Part shown: positions 29,520 to 44,605 of the stretch, piece by piece
Numbering within the stretch: the first letter of the stretch is position 1
Layout of the letters: the number at the start of each line of letters is the position of its first letter
Source of the DNA: the human T2T-CHM13v2.0 reference genome, Homo sapiens
Reading direction: 5' to 3' (one strand)
DNA: 64,000 bases
Assembly: GCF_009914755.1 (NCBI RefSeq)
Contig: NC_060940.1
The notes under the pieces: model-generated
Told to the model about the DNA's origin: nothing
What the model saw: the letters and a program-made list of their open reading frames with translations, nothing else
Database searches by the model: none
Translations under genes and position numbers: made by a program

Positions 29520-32500
29520 ATGACATAATTAAATGTATCTGGTCACTGTTGGATTAAACAAGTTTCTTTAAGATTTCTTGGAGCCCTTAAGTGGCCGACG
29601 CGCCTATTATGAATGTTTCAAGTATGATGAGCACTCTCAATATATTTTCACTTGGAATCTTCTTTAGGGAGAATATATTGTAAAAGACGATCATAGTGTC
29701 CGGCCTATTGTTAGTACTCCATAGATATTTGTCAAGAAAGTGAATGACTGTCACTTATTTTGGAAAATATAGTTCAAGAATCATGAATCCTCTCTGTACT
29801 TCTTGTAGCAAAAGTAAATAACAGTTCTTTGATATCTTCATTGTCATGTCCTGTTTTGTTTGTTGGTTTTGTTTTCCTTGCTGGAAATCCAGGTGGCTCA
29901 GGATGAACATCTCCATATGGCCGTGAATCTATGGGAGGAAATTGCATATGGTGAAAATAGTGGACAACTGACTGTTCCTTTTATAACCACATTGCAATAA
30001 GCTTTTAAAGAGATGTACAGACATACACACACTGATCTGATTTCTACAGCGTATCCACTTAAACTGGCAAAGACGTTTACCTTGCTTGAGGCAATTGTTG
30101 TATCTAGAAAACTGTGAAAATTGAATTAAATTACAGGTAGAATACACTGGGGAGCTCATTACTAAATGGATCCTATACTGCGTGTTTTTGTAGAATGAGG
30201 AATTATTTCATAAAAAGAATAATACTCTCTAGTTGATATAATAAGTATGCTTAAATTGAGGTATACAATATCTGTTTGTACCACTATTACAGGCACATAA
30301 TTGTCATTTATTTAAACTTATCTCCAAACTAAGTGAAATATGTCTGACTTTTTCTTAGAAGTTTTCTTTGGAAAAAAAAATTTAGACTAGCACTTTCTTT
30401 ATAATATGCAATGAGTCTTGTTTTATATTGAAACCTCAATTCATTTTCTTCCTAGTGAAAAATGCTTTTTCATCCCCTCTGAAATAAATATAATCTTTGA
30501 AATTGGAGTCGATGTAAATCCAGAGGTAATGAGATTCAGTTTTTCATTGTAGCCGAATTAGATGGAGAACTTCAAATATTTATTTGAGGTTTAATTCGAG
30601 TAATTTAGGAAAACATTGAGCTTTCTCATTCATAAATGATAATTACGTCTCTTCATCAAATATTATACTATATTCCCTTCTGCTATCTGTACAGTCTCCT
30701 TCAGATATGAACAATTTTATATCTCAAAGGAGATTTTTTTTTCCATGTAACTTCCTTGGCTTGTTTAACTTACAAAACCTTTCGAAATGCAGTTTGCTGT
30801 GCCTGTGTTTGGAGTGTTTAGTTTTGTAGAAAAAAAGAGGTGAGAAGTAGAATAACATTTACATTGATTTTCTTCAAGGTTGTGCTCTACTGAGAAATAG
30901 TATTTTGTCTTACTAAAGCACATGTTTAAGAAATGGAGATTGCTGTCTTGCAAAACCCCCAATATAAACTCCAGCAGGCTAAAATGCCTGTAGCCTCTAG
31001 TTGATTATAATTCTGTACCAAATCAAAAGTGACTGCATTTAAAAACTTCCATAAAGAAAAGCTTAGACATTTCAAACTAATGCTTGGCCAATGCAAAATT
31101 ATTTATTCCTTCCCCTTCAGAATTTCTTCTGGGGAAAGCCAAAGAAAAATCATATGAATTGCTTGAAGATATTCAGGGATTGACTAGAGAAATAGGGCCT
31201 CTACCTTGGTGGTGATGATGTTATATATTATAATATGTATATATGGTATAGTGGTCACTGTGGTGGTAGCTGCAGTAGTGGACCAGGTTTTTAAATTTTC
31301 TGCATCTTAAGTCCTTTTCCACCCACTGTAGTCATGGTACTTGACTTTGGTCACTAAGCTTGCCAGAGGAAGTCATATTAAGTATTCCACCAGCCAGGGA
31401 TCCTTTGGGTGCAAGCAACAGAAACCCAATTCAAGCTACCTTCAACATAAAAGGGAAATATACTGGCTCATAGGAAACAGCCCACGGTGAGACTGACTTC
31501 AGGAATTAAGGAATCCAAAAACTAAATGATGTACAGAATCTAATATCTCCTTATAAATCTGCTTTCCATTGTGTGATCACATGGTCCATTCTCACTGGAG
31601 CAGCTTGAGTCAAAGGCTTATCCTGGAACTGGTTTCTGTGTTGGTGGATGGAATGATGATGTGGGAGCACCAAGCCAAGGTTATTTGCTCACCTCTGGAT
31701 TAAAAGGGGAAGAAAACCCCATGGCGAACAAATGAAGTTTGGGATGATCCTTCCCCAAAGAAACAGGCTGTTGTCCAAAAAAGGAAGGAAAACAGATACT
31801 GAGCAAACCAGATCAACAGAAGACCCAACCTTGGTATTGGAAGTCCATATCTCTACATGGCCCACCTTTAGCCTTCTCCAGGGACACCAGATCTGCCCAG
31901 ACAGTAGAAGAACAATTGTAATCAAGGGTAGGATGTGGCCAGAAGACCAAAAGTCTCTTTTTTTAAAACATCTGTTCTATTAAGGAACCAACCAGAGAGT
32001 TGATTGGTCTATGGTATGTACTTATGTCTTAACTGATCAAACTTATTATCCTCCTCAGTAATTAAACTAACTAGAATTGTCTCTTGTCCCACTGCACACT
32101 GTCTGTGAATTTGGAGTTATTTCAACTGTTTGGAAATCATAAAATATGCATTTTGTTACTCATGAATTAAGAGCTAGAAACCAGAAATCCACTTATATTT
32201 CTTCCACCTCCCTTAAAATTTTACTTTCCCTCGTGCTCCAATTTGACAATTAGATCATGTAAATATCATTATGTAAAATAATACAGCATTAAGATGTACA
32301 CAGAAGATATGGGGGGTAATCTATTTGTACATCTAAACCAGTCCATTTTTCTAAGATATATGAGGATGTGGGAAAGTCTGCATTGATCTTCAAGTGCAAA
32401 TTTTTAAGAGAACACAATGGATGGTTTAGCTACAAAAACTAGAGATTCTTAAGTAAGACCATTCTTGTGAAGTTCTCCTGTGGCCGCCATAACGCAAATC

Positions 32501-34415
32501 AATCCTGTCATTATCTCTTCCTGGGCTGGGCCCTGTCTTTCCCCATGAGCGCTTAACTCTTTCTTTTGTCTCTTCAAATTTTTGTTTGCTCTTCTGAAGT
32601 CATCATCGTCAATTAGTATTTGCCAGAGCCCCACAGGGTCTAACATGCCACTTCTCCATCTGTTATTCACCGAGGCAGACGTGGTGGGACCACCCCTTTT
32701 AGGTTAGAATCACATTATTCTATGCTATTTTCAGCATCTCCCACCTGCTGTCCTCCAAGCCGTTCTCAAATCCCACATCTTTGTTCTGCCCTGTTTTCCT
32801 CCCCCACGGTTTGACTTTCTAAGCATTATGCAATGGTGAGAAATGTGAATCCCTTATAGTGATATGGAATTCCATCTCCCCCACCTTCTAGTTAATATGA
32901 CCTTGGAGGGTTTTTGGATTCTTTGTGATATTTTCCCCCTTATTCATAAAAGAGGCATATTGAATGTGTCCATAGCGTACGAAGACTCTAGAACAAGGGG
33001 TGATGATTGTGAAAATGAGCTTAAAGCTAGAGAATGTGGCGTTGTTCTTGGTACACATTAGGTACTAAAAATGGGCGTTTCTGTTATTACCTTAGGGATT
33101 CAAGTAGGCAGGCAAGTGACAATCATAACCAGCATGCAGCCATCATCAGTATAAGAAACAGCGTCTTCAACCCATTTGAAGTGCCACCCAGGCACCCCTG
33201 TCATGTCAGTTTTTAAACCATTTTTATCAGTATGCAAGGCAGCATATGGACTACTGTTCTGGGACCACCTTAGCCTTGAACTCTCTTCACGTTCACTGTT
33301 GTGAGGCTTTGCCTTCATAGTTATCCTCCCTATGTTACTTTTTTTTTTTTTTTTAACGTGACTTTCAGGATCAGTGACTAAAATAAGGTTCTCTGTAACA
33401 GTCATAATAAGCAGGTATTTTTTATGCAAAAGTGGTGTCTTTCAGAGTCCAGACCATGCTGCGTGTCTTTGAAGGAGAAGCCTGCATTTAAAAGCCAAGC
33501 CATTTTGACAATATTAATTCAGTTAATTTCAGCACATTATATAATGTGTCCAGTGACCTATCAACGCTGACTGGTTGGGCACTCCAGTAACAAACACCAA
33601 AGCGAGTGATATGTCATAACAGACAAATGGGCTCTTTAAACTGTACGACGGGAAGAGTGTTTTTGTTGGCATGAATACTCATCTGTCAACCAGCCCCTGC
33701 CCTGTTCTGATGATGGACAAGGCATTGGGTTAACACAGAAGGACATAAAATGAATGATCAGGCATGGCCGTTGCCTTGAAGGAGTTTATGATCAAGGTGG
33801 GATAATGAGGCATAAGGACATGAACACATGCAGGCACGGTGAAGAAAAACTCATGATGGTTGTATGTAGATAAGTGTCAAATGAGGGGTCTGGGCACTAA
33901 GGATAGCTATTCTGCCACAAGTCCTTCAATTTGGGCCCAAAGGTAATGTTAAATTTGTGGACAGGTACACATTGTTTTGAGTTATTGCATCAAAACATAA
34001 TTTGCCCTGGTATGTGGATGAGCTAGCTGACATACATGTTTTCAGGGTATCTTTTCCTTCTCTTACGATTGGCAAGAAAAAGCTTAAAACCTCTCTCTCA
34101 TCAAATACTCTCCCCCACTCACCGTAGCATCCCTGAATAAACCAGGTGGGTACCTGGAAATTGTAGAGGCATTCCCCTAAGGTGATGTATTTGATCATCA
34201 GAGCCAGAGTCGGGGGACTTACTCAATTTTTCACCCAGAGAGGAACGTGAGAAGTGTACCATGCACTGTCCTTTCCTGATCTCAGGGCTTCCTCTCAATA
34301 GCTGAACCCAAGGCTTGTTGAAATGAAATGAAAAATAACAGTATAACATGCTTACATAAATTTTTAAAACATCAGCACCATAGGCAAGGTTAAAACAAAA
34401 AAAAAACAGAATTTT

Positions 34416-34758
<343 letters not shown>

Positions 34759-35671
34759 TCACCTGGTAAGACAGACTTTCTTGAAACTCAAAATTTCATT
34801 ACTACATTTACCATGTTATCTATGGCATATCCCAGCAAGTAATTAAAAGTAGTGGTTCATGACATATAGAATTTATCTAGTAATGAAAACTTGCACTAGG
34901 AGTGTTTTTAATGCTCCAAATATCCTCTTTACCCAATTTGCTAGTCACGTCCTCGGACTACTTAACCATTGTTCGAGGTTGGGTTCACAGATAATCAGAA
35001 GGCATTGGGGGTACCAGATGCTTATGAGGGATCCATACCAGTAAAAGAAAGGAGTAGAGAGCAGAGTTGGGCAGAGGGGGGGGTGAGTCAGACTATGATG
35101 TGAGCCTGGAAAGCCTCAGCTGACCCATTGGGGAGCTCCAGAGGTGAAGAGTTTATCAGTGTCTCTGTGTGTGTATGTGTGTGTGTGTGTGTGTGTGTTT
35201 GTCTTGGGCTGAAATGGCTGGGACTTTACCTCCTACCTCTCTCAGTCATTGGATGCAAGTTGCCCCAGGAAGGGTGTGATCCTTGAGCAAGGAGGCTCTC
35301 TGCAGCTGACGCAGGCCCTGAAGGGGCTGACAGCTGTGGCTGCCTGCTGACGTCACCCCCTGCAGCTGGGTAGGGGTATTTGTGAGATGCATCTCGCTGT
35401 TTACCATCATCTTACTGACTCCACAAAGTGGGAAGACATCTGCATTAGTCTGTTTTACATTGCTGTAAAGGAATACCTGAGATTGCATAATTTTTAAAGA
35501 AGAAAGGTTTATTTGACTCTTAGTTATGTAGGTTGTACAAGCATGGCACCAGCATTTGCTCAGCTTCTGGTGAGGCCTCAGAAAGCTTCTATTTCTGGTG
35601 GAAGGTGAAGGGGGAGCAGGAGTGTCACATGGTGAGAGAGGAGGAGGTGCCAGGCTCTTTATAAAAATCAC

Positions 35672-36150
35672 ATAAAGGCGTACGTACACCTGTGTTCATT
35701 ACCCAGCACTATTCATAATAGCAAAGACATGGAATCAACCTGAATGCCCATCAGCAGTAGCCTGGATTTTAAAAATGTGGCACATGTACACCATGGAATA
35801 TTATGCAGCCAGAAAAAGAATGAAATCGTGTCCTTTGCAGCAACATGGATGGAACTGGAGTCCGGTATTCTAAGCAAACTAACATAGGAACAGAAAAGCA
35901 AATACTGTGTTCTCACTTATAAATGCGATCTAAACACTGAGTACACACGGACACAAAGGGACAACAGACACCGGGGCCTGCTTGAGGATGGAGGGTGGGA
36001 GGAGGGTGAGGCTCAAAAACTACCTGTTGGGTACTATGCTTATTACCTGGGTGACAAAATAATCTGTACACCATACCCTTGCAACATACAATTTACCTGT
36101 ATAACAAACCTGCACATGTACCCCTGAATCTAAAATAAAAGTTTAAAAAA
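35672..36150 (+). mobile_element. L1PA/PB 3' end fragment
   Basis: gcactattcataatagcaaagacatggaatcaacc...aacctgcacatgtacccctgaatctaaaataaaag. Confidence 0.93.
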
Positions 36151-36268
36151 TTAGACCTCGTGGTAAATCACTCATTACAGCAGGGACGGAACCAAGCCGT
36201 TCATAAGGGATCTGCTCTACCATGATCCAGACACCTCCCAGCAGGCCCACCTCCAACACTGGAGATCA

Positions 36269-36616
<348 letters not shown>

Positions 36617-36786
36617 TTATATCAACATTCTATTCCTTCCCAAAAAGTTCTGCTGAAGACTAAATGAGGTCATACTTCTAAGATACCCAGCCCAGTGACT
36701 GGTGAGAATAATTGCTCAATAAAATCCTGTACGGCAGATACTGTTCTCTCTCTGGTTTTTGTTTTAGCCTTTAGATTTTTAAAATT

Positions 36787-37265
36787 ATTTTTTTGTTATG
36801 GTAAAATAGACATAACATAAAATGTACCACCTTAGCCATTTTAAATGTAGAGTTCAGTGGCATTAAATACATTCACATTGTTGTGCGACCATCACCACCA
36901 TCTGTCTCCAGAACTTTATCTTCCAAATGGAAACTTTGTACCTATGAGACATTAACTCCCCATTCTCATGTCCTCCCAGCCTCTGGCCACCAGCATTCTG
37001 CTTTCTGTCCCTATGGATTCGATGTTCTAGGTACGTTATCTAAGTGGAATCATATGGCCCTTGTCCTTTGGTATCTGGCCTATCTCACTTGCCTCAAGGT
37101 TTATGTTGTAGTGTGTTATTCTTATTTCCTTCGTTTTTAAGGCTGAATAATATTTCATTGTGAGAATATATCATGTTTTGTTTTGTTATATCATGTTTTG
37201 TTCATTTCTCTGTTGATAGACATTTGGGTTGTTTCCACCTGTTGGCTACTGTAAATAATGCTTCT
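36787..37265 (-). mobile_element. L1MB 3' end fragment
   Basis: ggtaaaatagacataacataaaatg...agttcagtggcattaaatacattcacattgttgtgc. Confidence 0.9.
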
Positions 37266-37331
37266 ATTAATTACTTATTATTATTTATTATTATTACAGA
37301 GCTGTTAATTTCATTTCATAGATAAGAAAGT

Positions 37332-37775
37332 GGCTGGGAGTGGTAGCTTACACTTGTGATCCAGCACTTAGGGAGGCTGAGGCAGGAGGTTTGCTTGAGC
37401 CCAGGGGTTTGAGGCCAGCCTAGGCAACATAGTGAGACCCCATCTCTACAGAAAATATAAAAAATATTAGCCAGGTATCGTGGTACATGCCTGTAGTCCT
37501 AGATGCTGGGGAGGCTGAGATGGGAGGATTGCTTGAGCTCAGCAGTTCAAGGCAGCCTAGGCAACATACTGAGACCCTGCCTCTAAAATAAAAATAAAAA
37601 AAGCCTGGTGTGGTGTTGCACACCTGTAGTTCTGACTTGGGAGGCTGAGGTGGGAGGATCACTTGAGCCTGAGAAGTTGAGGCTGCAGTGAGCCATAGCT
37701 GAGCCACTGCACTCCAGCCTGGATGACACAGTTAGACCCAGTTTCAAAAGAAAAAAAAGAAAAGAAAAAAGAAAG
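37332..37775 (+). mobile_element. Trimeric AluJ-like element
   Basis: Three arms separated by two A-rich linkers, single flanking TSD aagaaagt. Confidence 0.9.
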
Positions 37776-39409
37776 TGGCTCTGAGAGTTCAAGGACAAGA
37801 CCAGCAACTGAATCCACATCTGTCCAACCCAGATTCCAAGCTGCTGACTGCCATCTGGGTGGCCTCCCCTCTCTGACAAGGATAGCCAGCAACTCTGAAA
37901 AGCAACTTACTCTGTTACACCTGAGGCTACAGCAGACTCCTCCTATCTCATAGAAAAGAGGCCTCAGCTTCCCAGCCTCCAGCAAAGGGAATTTTCTAGG
38001 TCCCAGTCCCCCTGCTTTGATTTTAACCCTCTCTGTGTCTCTCTCCTCTGACTTCTACTTCCTTGCTCTCCATCTAATTCCCCCTCCTCCTCGAGCTCTT
38101 TGAAGTTGAGGGAGTCTATACTGCCAGGCACTATCCTTGCTCTTCTAATTTCTTAATTCATTTCACCTTCCTCCTAGCCCCATGGGGCAGGCATTGTTAT
38201 TATCATCCCCATGTTGTGTGTAAGGAAATGGGTCATGCAGGAGTTAAAAACCTGCCTAACTTTCACGCAGCTAGTAAGTGGCAGAACTGCAAATTGAACA
38301 GCCAGTTCCTGCTCCACAGAGATATGCAATGCTACCTCTTGAGCTAAAACAGAAATTCAGACCCCACTTTGTAGACACAATGGCTCAGATTTAGGAGACG
38401 ACCCTGCAGCCAAACCTAGACAAACATGAGGTGGTTCTGCTGTCCTGAGCTTGCTGCTCACCGTCTCTGCCCACATGGCTCTAGCTGGGCTCAGGACTTT
38501 CCTCTTCACAGCAGGCTGAACAGCAAACCCAGAGGCCATTGCAGCTGCCTCGGTATTCTACACCCCCCTTGGGTCTGGAAGTTGTTGGAGGCAGGCATAC
38601 CAGACTGTTTATAATATGGCTGCTTTCTCCTTCACCTAGCTGGAGCCAAGAGGGGTGGGGGAAGACTGAGAGAGACAGAGACAGGGAGAGAGAGAGAGCC
38701 TGCCTAACTGCCTATTTATCCCAAATCCATATATTATTTTGGAACATTCAGTATTGCAGAAATACATGGAGGGATAAATCATTTCTTCTGCCATCTGGTC
38801 TCGGAGAACCTTCCCAAGAACTGTAGCTTCGTTTAATTTTGCTGCGTTCCTTTCCCACCCTCTTTGTGCTTTCCATCATCTTTTCTTGGCTGTATTTTTG
38901 GGTTTGTTTTGCTTCAGTTTCTTGCTCTTTTAGCTGTTTCTGGATTTCAATTTTTAAAAAGAAATAATGGATCGCACTTATCCAAGTCGTGCCAGATTCT
39001 TTATTTGGGATAATGCTACCTCATGGCTATTTTTTAACTTTAATCCGGAACCTTGGAGTGACGTGTGGATTTTTTTTTAATGCCCCAACCAGATGCACTA
39101 AGCAGCTTGATGGTCAGTAATGAGGCAGCACCAGGACCCTGTGGTCCTAGAGTTTCTTGGCAGTGCCTTCATGGCAAATGTTTCAGTGAGATGAGCGTGG
39201 CAGACCCAGCCCAGCCATTGCTCTATGGTTCCAAAGTCCTTTTAAATGAACAAATGGGTTGGCATTCATCTAGTGGGACTGCAACTCCAGTGAGGTTACT
39301 CAAAACATACTGGGCAAAGGTTTCTCACTGTTTGAGTGGGAGGTTACAAGGGAAGAAGTCTAGAGCGATCCATGGCATGATGGATGGGGGTTGGCATCAG
39401 AATGAATCA

Positions 39410-39745
39410 TGTTTAGCTTAATTGGGACACAGATGGTTAAGTATAGAAATACCTACAGACATACATACATCCCTGGGTTACTGTACACATAGATCTTCTT
39501 GTTCCGTCAGTTTAGAGGTCCTGGAAGTCACAACCCCCCAGCAGCAATGAGCATGCCTACTACCCAGATCTCAGTTTCTAATACCATTCTCCAAAAAGGG
39601 AAGAAGGGCTCCTTGGAGAAGCGGCTGCTTTTAGGACTCAGCTATGAAATATACAAGATGAGCCTGATAGCAAATATTTTACAGTGCAAGAAAGCGCTCA
39701 CAACAACAACAAAGCCACTGTGATAGAGTATGTCTTATAAATGAG
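39410..39745 (+). mobile_element. L1MC-type 3' UTR fragment
   Basis: ccagcagcaatgagcatgcct...cccagatctcagtttctaataccattctcca. Confidence 0.75.
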
Positions 39746-39774
39746 AAATAAAGAGGGATAAAATTATAAATTAG

Positions 39775-40075
39775 GGCCTGGCATGGTGGCTTAAGCCTGT
39801 AATCCCAGCAATTTGGGAGCCCGAGGCAGGCAGATCACTTGAGCTCAGGAGTCCAAGACCATCCTGGCTAACATGGCAAAACCCTGTCTTTACTAAAAAT
39901 ACAAACATTAGCTGGGCATGGTGGTGCATGTCTCTAGTCCCAACTACTCAGGAGGCTGGTGTGGGAGGAGCACTTGAGCCTGGGAGGTGGAGGCTACAGT
40001 GAGTTAAGATGGTGCCACTGAACTCCAGCCTGGGTGAAAGAGCAAGACTCTGTCTTAAAATATATACATATATAG
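39775..40075 (+). mobile_element. Alu (AluJ/S)
   Basis: Alu dimer, (TA)n tail. Confidence 0.95.
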
Positions 40076-43000
40076 ATAGATATAGGTTAGATGGACAGAA
40101 TTGTGGACCACCTTTCACGCCTATTAAAACCCGGATGCTTAGCCCCAGTGGCTGGCTTTGTACAGGCATTGTAATCTTTGTTGTGTCAGGGTTTGTGTTG
40201 AAAACTTTTTACTGCTCCCGTGAATAGGTAAGCCCTAAATTCCTCTCCTTAGGTTCACAACAGCAGTGGCTTTCCTGGTCGCCCATGTCCCAGTTTTGAT
40301 GATAGGGCAACTTGAAACTAAAAGAGTGAAAAATAAATCACATTTACGAGGAGAAAATGGAGTCATTGCAACTCAATTATTAATGTGCAAAACTGTTATG
40401 CAATGTAGCAGCCCAATTAATAGGTGTCTCTTGGGGAATAATCAAGGCTTAATTTGGCATGATAATTAGTAGCCTCCCCTTCCAGCTTTGGATGGGGGGC
40501 CCCTGTAGGACAGCCTGATGGCTGGTAATGAGGCAGGATCACTTACTTTGCAGCCGTGTTAATTGTATCTTTCTGTGCATGGGGACAAAACAGATTTACC
40601 TGTTTCTGGATGCTGGGATGTGCCATTGCTCTAATAGAGTTGTACTTGTTTCCTGGTCTTGCCAACACTGGCCTTTCTGAAGGGCAACACTGTTACACTT
40701 TTGAGACGTCTTTAATTGGCTGAGTTGTTCTAATGGCTACAGCTGCAGTCTTTTTTTTTTTTTTTAATAGAGTGTGTGGCAGAGTTCCAATCTTACAAGA
40801 CATACGGCCAGAGCTGACATATTCTTAGGAATAACAGAAAATTGTCCTGTTTAGGGTATCTGTAATAATAGGTGACCAGAAGTCATCTGGTGTAGGTATC
40901 TATCTCCTCTATGTGTCTCAGAGAACTCCTGTTTTTTGCAATATTGCTAGTTGTTTGTACAAGCTGTATAGTCACTTAAAAGAAAACCATGAAAAATTAC
41001 AAACGTGTGCTATTTTTACTGACAAATATGGAACAGCACAGAGAAGAAAATAGTATATCATCTCTAATGATCCATCAGCCGAGGGATAACCACTGTCATC
41101 ATTTTGGTATAATCTCTTTCCAGACTTCCATGCACACACACATTTCTCCCCATATATATTTAATCCAGATGTGATTTCTATTTGCAAAAAGGAAATTGTA
41201 AGGTGCATACTATTTTGTTAACATGTCGTTTGATCATAGGAACAGATTTTGAACCAGATCAATACCAGCATTTCCTAAACGGTCCTCCTCCAATATTTGG
41301 GAGCTGCTGATCTGTGTTCTGAAAGTGAGGCTGAGACAGACGCATTTCCTCTCCTCCTCTAGGTAACACACAATGAACATTCATATTTCAAAGTCTTTGT
41401 TTACATGTTAAAAACATCATTTTAGGGAAATCATACGTTAACAGCTCCTACAATTGTCTTCCTTAAACTACATGTGGGAAAATGCTAGTGAATATTTAGA
41501 TGGCTTCCCATTTTTGTTTTTTTTTTTTTTTTTGCTGTTGTAAACATCACTGCAGTGAACATCCTTGTACATGCATCTTGGGGCATTTCTAAGATTTCCT
41601 TAGAATCAACCCCAAGAAGGATTGACAGTCAATGGACATACTGAATTGAAGATGCTGGATCTCCTTGGATGAACTGCCGTCTCCAGAAAGGAAGGGCATG
41701 TACATTTACAAGCCCAGGAGAGTGATAGGAGAGTGCCCTTCCTCCCAGTTTCTGCTCCATAGCACATTTTTAATTCCAGATTCTGCAACTTTAGTAGCCG
41801 TGTAGGAGACCAAAAGAGAAAGTTTATTAAATTCTTATTTATGTGTTAAATTTGCATCCGCCTTCTCCTTCCCCAAGCTCAAAGCGCCACAAAGAAAACA
41901 TTAAGCTTGTAACTCTTGGATGTGCTCCTCTGTGAGAGAGGGACTTAGGGGAAGATTCAGGGAATGGAGTTGAGGAAATAGTGCAGAGGTAGAAGCAGGA
42001 TGCATTGTAAAAGAAAACCTAGACATCAGGTAGTGCTGTGGAGGGTTTCAAAACCTTAGTTTCAGAAGAAAGGCCCTTTTCCATCGTCTTTCCCCTGGCT
42101 TCCCTTTTGAATGGTAGTAGAAGAAGCCACAGTGAACAGTTGGCATCTTTTGTTTACTACCCACAGACACCTGGCTTGGGGAGCGGGGGATGTTGGGGCT
42201 TATGACTTTTCCCCTTGTTTCTTATTAAGCCCCCTCCTTTGTTGTTGAGTCCTCCCTAAATGGTCACTCTTATTTATTATGTTGAAAGTCATTGTGTGGG
42301 CTAGGATAGTCCCAAAGCATTTTTGAACACACACACACACACACACTCACACTCATTCACAAAAATCACTGTCTTCCCAACTACCTTGAGACCATCTTCT
42401 GTTTTCTTACTTTCCATCAGTTTTTCCTAAATCAGACAGGAGTTAAGTTCTAAAATTATAGGATTTTGTACCTATCATTTTTGTGAAAAGTGTTCCTTTC
42501 TCCACATGCTGCCCAATGAGGGTCCTTTAAGATATTTTCATCACGTTCCTCTTGCTCTTGTGTTGGACAATTTCGCACAAATATGTTTTTTGCCCAATGA
42601 TTTAAGATGCTCTTAATTGCTTTTACTGAAGGGAAATAGAACACCTTTTAAGCCAACAGCTGAGCGATTTGCTATGACAAATCTGCCACTATGCATTCAC
42701 TTAATTTCCAATTAATCAAACATTCAATAAATCATTAGTATAATTACACCTGTTCCCTTCTTGCCCTAGCCCATTAGCTCAACTCAGGCGTCCCTTCGAC
42801 TGGCTGTGGGGAAGGTGTTCATTTGTCTGCCCTGGCTGGGTGCACATTCTTACTCCCTGTGAGCTTGAGAAATGATGAGTAAGAAATTGTAATTATTTCA
42901 GGCACCAGAAGTTTGCTTGGTTTTCCTCTTCTCTGCTTCCCACTCCATTGCGTCCCCAACAGCTTAAGCCAACATCATAGTGGCCTAGTAGCGGTGGCTG

Positions 43001-44297
43001 GTTAATTTCAGCAAGCTTTTCTTTTTTTTTTAATCATTTTTATTCCCCGACTGTGCCTCTTTGCTAATTACACCATCTCCCCAGGTGAGCAATAATTCCC
43101 TCATCACCATATATCTCAAGCACAGATTATTAAAATAATACAGCTTATGTCATATAAATGTAACAGAAAGTATCTTAAAGATGCTTTATTGAAAGCTGGT
43201 AAATTGGTTCAACAGATGAATGTTTTAAGGCCTGTTTTTAAAAGGTTGCACAAGTATAAACCCACTGAATTACTGCTGCAGTTTCACACGAGCGGATGCA
43301 ATTATTTTAAGCATCTAACTGTGCAGAAGACAGATCTGAAAGGCAAGGAGCTAAATTCTCCGAGATTAATTAAAGGGTTTCATTTTGCTCTTGATTTAAA
43401 AATAAATTTCAAGCATGCATCACTTGTTATTCTGTGGAAGAATTTGCATTATGGGGTTTAAAAAAATACTGAGAATGTTAAGTTTCATGAGTTCTTCATA
43501 CAATATAGCTGACAGCTCTTAAAAAGAGGGGTTGACCTACTGTTGCAGCAGCATTTTCTCCTACATACTTCTTTCTACTTTTACATTTGTGAAGGGTATT
43601 AATCTTAAAACTCATTTCCAATGTAAGATTGTGCATTTACATGAACCTCCCATAAGATTGCTCCTGATTCGATCTATGCTTATTGATTTAATTTCTTTTA
43701 CCTCTCAGAGCCAGTGGTGCTGAAGGGTTTATTGTAATTACAGTGTTGCGGGTTTCGGTGGAACAGTTCCCTGGTAACTTAAGTGTGGGTTTGATTCCCT
43801 CTAAACTCGCTCAGCCCAGGAGATACTGCGGCAAGTATCTTGGAGGCAGAGAGCTTTCAGGCCAGATCAGAACGCTGGCTGGTACACAACCGGAAGGTAT
43901 GGGGAGGCTGGAGAGGGAACGGCCGGGGGCTACTGGCCAGATGGATCGCTGTTCTAACGGGGCCCTTTTGAGGTGAATCACTTGGCAATTTTGTGAGTTG
44001 GCAGACGGCACAGCCACCTGTGCTCAATGTGAAATGAGATACAGGTAACCTACTGATCTGAAATATGCTGCTCACCCTTTGAGAGATGGGACAGTGTTGC
44101 AAGAGGTGATTTGCCCTATTTGTGGGGTATTGGGGAGGGAACCACAGCAAAAATACCATGAGTTTTGGGACTGAGGGGAGTCCAAATCCAAGCCGTGTGT
44201 CTCTAGAACTGTAGTTTCTAATTTGGTTTAACTTCTCAAAACTGAAATGTTTCTCACTTATTTTCCTTAACTTCTCAAAGCCAAATTGTTCCTCTGT

Positions 44298-44605
44298 AAT
44301 AGCATTGTCTAGAAGAACATGATTAAAGCTGCATATGTACTTTTAGTTTTTTAATGACTGCATTTTTTAACAGTAAAAATAAACAGGTGAAATTAATGCA
44401 TTTTATTTAACCCAAATATCCAAAGCATGATCATTTCAGCGTGTGATCAATATAAAAGATATTTTACATTCTTTTTTTCATCCTAATTTTTTGGAATTTA
44501 TTGTGCGTTTCATGCTGACAGTGCACCTCCATTTAAACTAGCCACATTCCAAGTACTCAGAACCTCAAAAGGTGATGGTTACTTTATCTAAAGGTGCAGG
44601 TCTGG
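44298..44605 (+). mobile_element. MER33/MER3
   Basis: aaacaggtgaaattaat...ctagccacattccaagtactca. Confidence 0.75.
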
